Below, piece after piece: positions 55,005-59,851 of a stretch of 59,851 nucleotides of DNA. This DNA is from an uncultured Dehalococcoidales bacterium (lineage in GTDB: Bacteria > Chloroflexota > Dehalococcoidia > Dehalococcoidales > W111). The stretch covers positions 1 through 59,851 of the forward strand of contig CAZNSC010000002.1 of NCBI GenBank assembly GCA_964575695.1. The letters run 5' to 3'. Within the stretch, counting starts at the first letter, position 1, and each line of letters opens with the position of its first letter. The notes under the pieces were generated by a model. The model ran no database searches, was not told the DNA's origin, and worked only from the letters and a program-made list of their open reading frames with translations. A program made the position numbers and the translations under genes.

Positions 55005-55613
55005 CTAAAATTCCTGCCTGCCCTCAAGGGCCCGGGTGAGGGTAATGTCATCGGCGTATTCCAGCTCGGTGCCAAAGGGCAGCCCCCGGGCAAGGCGGGT
55101 GCCCAGAGGTGAAATCAGGTGGTTGAGGTACATTGCGGTCTGTTCACCCTCAAGATTGGGGTTGGTGGCGAGGATGACCTCAGTTACCGAGCTACCCTGT
55201 AACCGGCTCATGAGCTCGTTGATTCTGACGTCGTTAGCCCCCACCCCCTCGGTAGGCGAGATGGCGCCGTGGAGCACATGGTACAGTCCCTTATAGGTCT
55301 TGGTGTTCTCCAGAGCCAGGATGTCCTGTGGCTGCTCAACGACACAAATCTTGCCCGGCTCCCGCTCACTGCTGCGACAGATAGGGCACGGGTCAGAGTC
55401 AGTGATATTGAGGCAGACCGAGCACAGTGTGACCTTCTGTTTTAACGACGATATTGCCTCAGCTAATAGCCTGGCTTGCTCCTCGGAGGCACGCAGCAGG
55501 TAGTAGGCGAGTCGCTGGGCGCTCTTGGGCCCGATGCCGGGCAGCTTGTTGAGCTCCTGGATGAGCTTGGATACCGCTTCCGAGGTAGGTATCAGACCGT
55601 GGTTCAACCTCAC
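55005..55613 (-). CDS. recR: Recombination protein RecR
   Basis: 202 aa. It contains [17 protein letters not shown] (HhH), a Cys4 Zn-finger ([16 protein letters not shown]) and a Toprim domain. The predicted GTG start lies inside a repeat module. Confidence 0.93.
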   Translation of the reverse strand: MRLNHGLIPTSEAVSKLIQELNKLPGIGPKSAQRLAYYLLRASEEQARLLAEAISSLKQKVTLCSVCLNITDSDPCPICRSSEREPGKICVVEQPQDILALENTKTYKGLYHVLHGAISPTEGVGANDVRINELMSRLQGSSVTEVILATNPNLEGEQTAMYLNHLISPLGTRLARGLPFGTELEYADDITLTRALEGRQEF

Positions 55614-55673
55614 CCCCTTTATCCCCCCTTGAAGGAGGGGGATATTTTATTAAGAGGGGCGAAGCCCCTCTTA
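55608..55673. repeat. Hairpin-repeat cluster 14 (an A module plus a B module), overlapping the recR start
   Basis: CCTCACCCCCTTTATCCCCCCTTGAAGGAGGGGGAT...TAAGAGGGGCGAAGCCCCTCTTAG. Confidence 0.85.
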
Positions 55674-55687
55674 GACGCTCTACTAGA

Positions 55688-55993
55688 TTAGGTTAGCCCC
55701 GGGATTTTGAGACCGCCGGTCAGTCCTCCAAGGTGCTTGGCGGCAAGTTCCTGTGATTTAGCGATGGCTTCATTTACTGCGGCCAGCACCAGATCCTCCA
55801 GCAGCTCCACGTCATCAGGGCTTATTACCTCGGGTGATATCTTCACCGACTTTATTTGCTGTTGACCGTTAATCGTAACCGTAATGGCACCGCCGCCGGA
55901 GCTGACTTCGAGGGTGGTGTCGTTTAACTCTTGCTGCGCTTTGGCCAGCTTTTCCTGAAGTTTCTGAGCTTGCTGCATCATAAACTTGTTCAT
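55688..55993 (-). CDS. ybaB: YbaB/EbfC-family nucleoid-associated protein
   Basis: 101 aa. It contains MQQAQKLQEKLAKAQQEL...GGGAITVTINGQQQIKSVKISPEVI..DDVELLEDLVLAAVNEA. Confidence 0.93.
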   Translation of the reverse strand: MNKFMMQQAQKLQEKLAKAQQELNDTTLEVSSGGGAITVTINGQQQIKSVKISPEVISPDDVELLEDLVLAAVNEAIAKSQELAAKHLGGLTGGLKIPGLT

Positions 55994-57561
55994 TTTTCCT
56001 CCTCCTCGATTATCTGGGCACCCATCTTTAGTGCCGCCCTCACCAGGTGATTATTCTCCGGCTGATAGATACACCGCACACGGCAGGAGCGCCCCAGAAA
56101 ATGGCTCAGGATTTTTTCGGCGGCCTGCTTGTTTTCTGATTTCTCCATATTGTCCTTATGAATACTGTATCTAAAGGCGAGGACAACAGTGTCATCTTCA
56201 ATGGCTACCGGCTTTACCCCGGCGCTTCTAAGCAGGGCAACCGCATTGGTACGCTTAATCTCGGCCGGGGCTTCCTCAATAACCTGCTTCCAGTTTTGTC
56301 TTAGTTGTTCCATCTCATTGTCCGGCGGGGGGGTGGTAGTGGGTGGTGCCTCTGATACTGACTCCGGCATATCGGCGGGCTCAGCTTCGGCTGGTGACAG
56401 TTCTGGGTGAGTGACCGCCGCCGGCGGGGCAACTGCCTTCACAGGTTCTTCAGGCTTGGCTGGGCGGGGGGTACCTTGTTTTTCCCCTGAGGCCAGGACA
56501 CAGTCAACCAGTGCTAGCTCCAGGGGCAAAGGAGAGTAATTATCAAAACCGAGTTCCACTTCGCCGAAGAGCTTGACGGCTCTCAGTATCTGGGGCAGTG
56601 ATGCCCTGGTGGCTAAACCCTTCAGCTCGGCTGTATCTTCAGGGGTGAGGTCTATCGCTTCCTCGGTGCTTGTCTTCAGCAGAAGCAGTCCTCTGAGGTA
56701 TTCCACCACCTCCCGGTTAAACTGGCGCAAATCTAGCCCATCATTATTGACGCCATTGATGGTTGCTATCCCCGTGGAAACATCATTGTCTATAATATGC
56801 TTAACCAGCTCCCTGGCCCGCCAGTCCCCGGTGATGCCGAGAAGGGTCTGCACCTGGTGGAGTGCAATTTCAGACCCGTAGTAGGTTGTCAACTGCTCCA
56901 GGAGGTTTTCGGCATCGCGCAGGCTTCCTGAGGTGCTCCTGGCAATAAGCCGCAGCGCTTCTGGCTCGAGGTGAATGCCTTCCGCACCACAGATACGGCT
57001 TAGTTTGGAGACAACATCTGCCTGGGAGAGGCGGCGGAAATCGAAACGCTGGCACCGTGACAGGATTGTGGGCAACACTCTATGGACCTCGGTGGTCGCC
57101 AGGATGAAGATAACCTGTTGTGGTGGCTCCTCAAGGGTTTTCAGCAGGGCATTGGCGGCGCTGGTACTGAGCATATGAACTTCGTCTATGATATAGACCT
57201 TGTAGTGAGCCTGACCGGGAGCATAATTGACCTTCTCGCGGAGGCTCCGAATGTCATCAACACCGGTGTTGCTGGCGGCGTCAATTTCAATGACATCCAA
57301 AGCCCGGCCCTCGGTTATTGCCTGGCACATACTGCAGGTATTGCACGGTTCCCCCTTGCCGCTGGTCAGGCAATTTACTGCCTTGGCCAGAATGCGCCCG
57401 GTGCTGGTCTTGCCCGTTCCCCTGGGGCCGCAGAAAAGATAGGCATGAGAGACACGGTTGCTGTTGAGGGCGTTGCGTAATGTTTGGGTTACCGGCTCCT
57501 GGCCAACTACCTCAGCTAGAGTTTGGGGGCGCCACTTGCGATAAAAGACTTGAGAAGTCAT
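55990..57561 (-). CDS. dnaX: DNA polymerase III subunit gamma/tau
   Basis: 523 aa. It contains FRKWRPQTLAEVVGQE, GPRGTGKTS, a Zn module (CNTCSMC) and a DEVHML Walker B motif. Confidence 0.95.
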   Translation of the reverse strand: MTSQVFYRKWRPQTLAEVVGQEPVTQTLRNALNSNRVSHAYLFCGPRGTGKTSTGRILAKAVNCLTSGKGEPCNTCSMCQAITEGRALDVIEIDAASNTGVDDIRSLREKVNYAPGQAHYKVYIIDEVHMLSTSAANALLKTLEEPPQQVIFILATTEVHRVLPTILSRCQRFDFRRLSQADVVSKLSRICGAEGIHLEPEALRLIARSTSGSLRDAENLLEQLTTYYGSEIALHQVQTLLGITGDWRARELVKHIIDNDVSTGIATINGVNNDGLDLRQFNREVVEYLRGLLLLKTSTEEAIDLTPEDTAELKGLATRASLPQILRAVKLFGEVELGFDNYSPLPLELALVDCVLASGEKQGTPRPAKPEEPVKAVAPPAAVTHPELSPAEAEPADMPESVSEAPPTTTPPPDNEMEQLRQNWKQVIEEAPAEIKRTNAVALLRSAGVKPVAIEDDTVVLAFRYSIHKDNMEKSENKQAAEKILSHFLGRSCRVRCIYQPENNHLVRAALKMGAQIIEEEEK

Positions 57562-57574
57562 TTTGCTTGTTTCT

Positions 57575-57603
57575 ATTATACCCTAATATCCGCTGACTTC
57601 CAA
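57575..57603 (-). promoter_or_regulatory. Candidate dnaX promoter (TTGGAA-17 nt-TATAAT), 13 nt upstream of the ATG; no SD
   Basis: Minus-strand TTGGAA (57598-57603) and TATAAT (57575-57580). The ATG is at 57561. Confidence 0.5.
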
Positions 57604-57689
57604 AAGGTTTTTAGGGGGAATTTTTCAGACCTCGGGGGGGTCAAATTAGACAGATGCCAGCTTCACCTGGCCAGATATGCAATATGTCC

Positions 57690-57749
57690 TTTACAACAGT
57701 GCTTCCCCGCATCTCCTTCGAAGGTGAGGTGGGGAAGCACTGTTGTAAA
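57690..57749. repeat. 60-nt hairpin with a perfect 19-bp outer stem (TTTACAACAGTGCTTCCCC / GGGGAAGCACTGTTGTAAA) and a further imperfectly paired interior around TTCGAA
   Basis: Read directly. It lies 24 nt downstream of the tubulin-like gene stop and upstream of the dnaX promoter. No U-tract follows it. Confidence 0.8.
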
Positions 57750-57773
57750 CCAGCTTGATTGGCGGCTTATAAT

Positions 57774-58949
57774 TTATAGTAGTGAGGGTATATCCTTCGC
57801 TGCCTCGTCTATTCCCCTGAGTTTGGTCTCGGCGGCCTCCTGCTTCTTTGAAACCTGACCGATAAAGGCAGTCGAATCATCATAGTATTTTCTCACTTTT
57901 TCCACGTCACTGAGGTCTGACAGGATTACGGTGACATCCAGCACCCCCCTTTCTCTGGGGTAATCACCGTTCCTTATAATCGCCTCCGGCGCGATGTCTC
58001 TGAGATACTCTCCGAGCTCCTTAACCACGTCCATGTTCATCTCCTTGTGGGGGGCGGCGAGCAGGTACAGGGCTCGGCCGGCATCGGCTGGGTTACACCG
58101 AAGTGATAGCTCACTCAGGGCTTCGTCCATGGCGTGGATTCCCTTATGGGTTTCGGTGCTCTTCTTCCTGAAACTGCGGGTCCGCTCGAATGGGAGTCTG
58201 ATCAGCGGCAGTTGCGATTTACCATAGCCGATCACTGTCCAGCCAGATATGGTCTGGATTATGTCTCCGGCATCAAGAATCTTGGCCCCGATGTGTTTGG
58301 GTTTTTTCTCTTCACCGGCACAGAGTATGTTGTAGAACGGCTCAGCGATCAGGGCATTAATCTTGGCGATGTTGTTTCTGAGTGAGAAGTCTTTTCTAAC
58401 ATACCGCTGATTATCAACCAGAAATACGGCATCGGCCACTGAGCTTGCCGATTTGAGGCACACCGCTGTATTATAAACTGTCCTCTCCTCGGTCGACTCC
58501 TCATGCTCAAAGGGGAGAACCACAAGGTTGTAGATCGGTTTGTCCCCGTAGCGGTCTCTTAGGTGCTGCGTTATTATTGGTAGGCTTCCCGAGCCAGTGC
58601 CTCCAGCAGCCCCGCAGGCAAGCAAGAAGGCGTCTGACTCATAGAAGCGCCGGGTGGTTCTTATGGCATCAACAATCTTGTCGGCATCTTCCCGAGCGAT
58701 CTCAGCCCCCAGCTCATTTATCTTACCCACGCCGTGACCGCCCGTCTTCCGCCCCCCGATGAGCACCCGGTGCTGGTAATCAGACTGTATTGCCTGTAGT
58801 CCGCTTAAATCAGCGGCGTCTGTGTTTACGGCAAAGCAACCGGTGGTTATCTCAATCCCACGGTGACTCCGTGCCCTTCTATTCAGGCGAGCAAACTCAT
58901 CGGCGATTCGACCGCCGCATTGCCCAAAGCCAATAACTACTAACTTCAT
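57774..58949 (-). CDS. Tubulin/FtsZ-superfamily GTPase, CetZ-like (not canonical FtsZ)
   Basis: 391 aa. The T1 loop is GFGQCGG (the tubulin/CetZ-type GQxG rather than the FtsZ GGGG). It also has GHGVGKINELGAEIAREDADKI, the T4 signature GGTGSGS, a T6 VDNQ motif, and a T7-like LDAGDIIQTISGWTVIGYG. Confidence 0.8.
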   Translation of the reverse strand: MKLVVIGFGQCGGRIADEFARLNRRARSHRGIEITTGCFAVNTDAADLSGLQAIQSDYQHRVLIGGRKTGGHGVGKINELGAEIAREDADKIVDAIRTTRRFYESDAFLLACGAAGGTGSGSLPIITQHLRDRYGDKPIYNLVVLPFEHEESTEERTVYNTAVCLKSASSVADAVFLVDNQRYVRKDFSLRNNIAKINALIAEPFYNILCAGEEKKPKHIGAKILDAGDIIQTISGWTVIGYGKSQLPLIRLPFERTRSFRKKSTETHKGIHAMDEALSELSLRCNPADAGRALYLLAAPHKEMNMDVVKELGEYLRDIAPEAIIRNGDYPRERGVLDVTVILSDLSDVEKVRKYYDDSTAFIGQVSKKQEAAETKLRGIDEAAKDIPSLL

Positions 58950-59085
58950 TTCACCGCCTCCCTAATTTGATGATGTTGGATGTCGCTATTTTAAGCACAC
59001 TAAGATGAGGATGTCAATACTTCACATTGATTCATTTGCCGCCCCGCTTAGCTGAAGGCTATAATAAGACCAAGGAGGGAATGGA

Positions 59086-59851
59086 GTGGCCTATCCCGAC
59101 AGCATACTGTATCAGGTTACCAGGCCTGCCCGCTATACCGGCGGTGAGTGGAATGCCGTTATCAAGGAGTGGGACAAAACGCCGGTCAGGATTGCCCTCG
59201 CCTATCCCGACCTGTATGAGATAGGCATGTCCAATATGGCACTGCCGATTCTCTATGGGCTGCTCAACAGCCAGGCGGATGTCCTTGCCGAAAGGGTGTA
59301 TGCCCCCTGGGGAGATATGGAGGCACAGCTACGGGCCAGTGTCCTTCCGCTGTCTAGCCTCGAGTCTGGACGTCCGCTCAGGGATTTTGACATTATTGGC
59401 TTCTCCCTGGGCTACGAACTTACCTACACCAACGTATTGAATATGCTGGACCTGGCTCAAATTCCGGTTCTTGCCGCGGATAGAGATGATTCCCACCCGG
59501 TAGTAATCGCCGGTGGTGGCTGTGTGCTCAATCCGGAGCCGATGACTGATTTTATTGACTTTTTTGTCCTTGGCGAGGGAGAGGAGGTACTACTTGAGCT
59601 CCTTGACCCTATCCGCAGATGGAAAAGCAGGGGCAAGGCCGCTTCCAAGGAGGAGTTGCTCCATCAGGTAGCGGCTATCCCCGGCATCTATGTGCCCAGC
59701 CTGTATCAGGTGGAGTATCATGGTGACGGCTCAGTTAGGAGCATAACACCCACCGCTGCCGAGGCCGGGCCCAGCGTCCAGCGGCGCATAGTAACCAAGC
59801 TTCCGCCGCCGGTGACCGAGGACCCGGTCGAGACGTACCGCATCGCGCCCG
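59086..59851 (+). CDS. B12-binding-domain radical-SAM protein (TIGR03960-like), N-terminal part; CDS runs off the right edge
   Basis: GTG at 59086, 7 nt after AAGGAGGG: VAYPDSILYQVTRPARYTGGEWNAVIKEWDKTPVRIALAYPDLYEIGMSNMALPILYGLLN...VIAGGGCVLNPEP. It is absent from the ORF track because there is no stop in the window. Confidence 0.75.
   Translation, partial: MAYPDSILYQVTRPARYTGGEWNAVIKEWDKTPVRIALAYPDLYEIGMSNMALPILYGLLNSQADVLAERVYAPWGDMEAQLRASVLPLSSLESGRPLRDFDIIGFSLGYELTYTNVLNMLDLAQIPVLAADRDDSHPVVIAGGGCVLNPEPMTDFIDFFVLGEGEEVLLELLDPIRRWKSRGKAASKEELLHQVAAIPGIYVPSLYQVEYHGDGSVRSITPTAAEAGPSVQRRIVTKLPPPVTEDPVETYRIAP

Noticed and set aside
55990-57561. A programmed -1 frameshift or slippery site in dnaX producing gamma was considered.
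   Set aside because: No A-AAA-AAG-type heptamer is seen in frame. The only A-run (GAA AAA ATC, around 56112) is near the C-terminus and lacks a downstream structure.
57562-57773. An SRP RNA (ffs/scr) gene upstream of dnaX was considered, by analogy with the Firmicute arrangement scr-dnaX-ybaB-recR.
   Set aside because: I could not find the conserved domain IV motifs (GGAA tetraloop flanked by AGCA/GGUCAGG-type loops) on either strand. The 19-bp perfect stem is unlike SRP RNA. An Infernal scan would settle it.

Overview
This is a bacterial chromosomal segment made up mostly of housekeeping genes. Bacterial identity is supported by the RF2 +1 frameshift, FtsY, Lgt, a nusA-ylxR-infB-rbfA-truB operon and dnaX-ybaB-recR. 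I cannot assign a taxon from the sequence alone. I support about 50 CDSs: uvrA (partial), an Smr protein, a nitroreductase, an S41 protease, an MFS transporter, two paralogous 'MA-family metallopeptidase plus family-5 substrate-binding protein' modules, mtaB, fabF, recJ, a MoxR-VWA-membrane protein operon, lgt, ftsY, a YprA/MrfA-type helicase, rpsO-pnp-dapB-asd-dapA, a nadB-like gene, purA, an inositol-lipid cluster, nfi, prfB, radC, a Mo-bisPGD oxidoreductase, serS, lysS, recO, recR, dnaX and a partial radical-SAM gene. There are also three tRNAs: His-GTG, Arg-TCG and Ser-TGA. Five things deserve a second look. (1) A 1.5-kb low-GC islet carries an EcoRI-family restriction endonuclease paired with an MT-A70 (DPPW) adenine methyltransferase, bracketed by about 49-nt direct repeats derived from a host repeat element. 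(2) A tubulin-superfamily gene looks CetZ/tubulin-like rather than FtsZ-like, in an otherwise bacterial context. (3) An abundant mosaic family of two hairpin modules fills at least 14 intergenic regions. It sometimes forms arrays with inverted termini, donates SD sequences and even start codons to genes, and brackets AT-rich cargo. (4) A small double-CxxC zinc-ribbon ORF is split by an in-frame TAG. (5) A terminator-like hairpin lies in the nusA leader, and several promoters appear leaderless or nearly so. Also present are an orphan HTH-fused SPPY DNA methyltransferase, encoded directly upstream of recO and with recR upstream of it in turn, and a perfect 19-bp-stem hairpin downstream of the tubulin-like gene. 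Every call rests on reading the translations and sequence by eye; no database search was possible.
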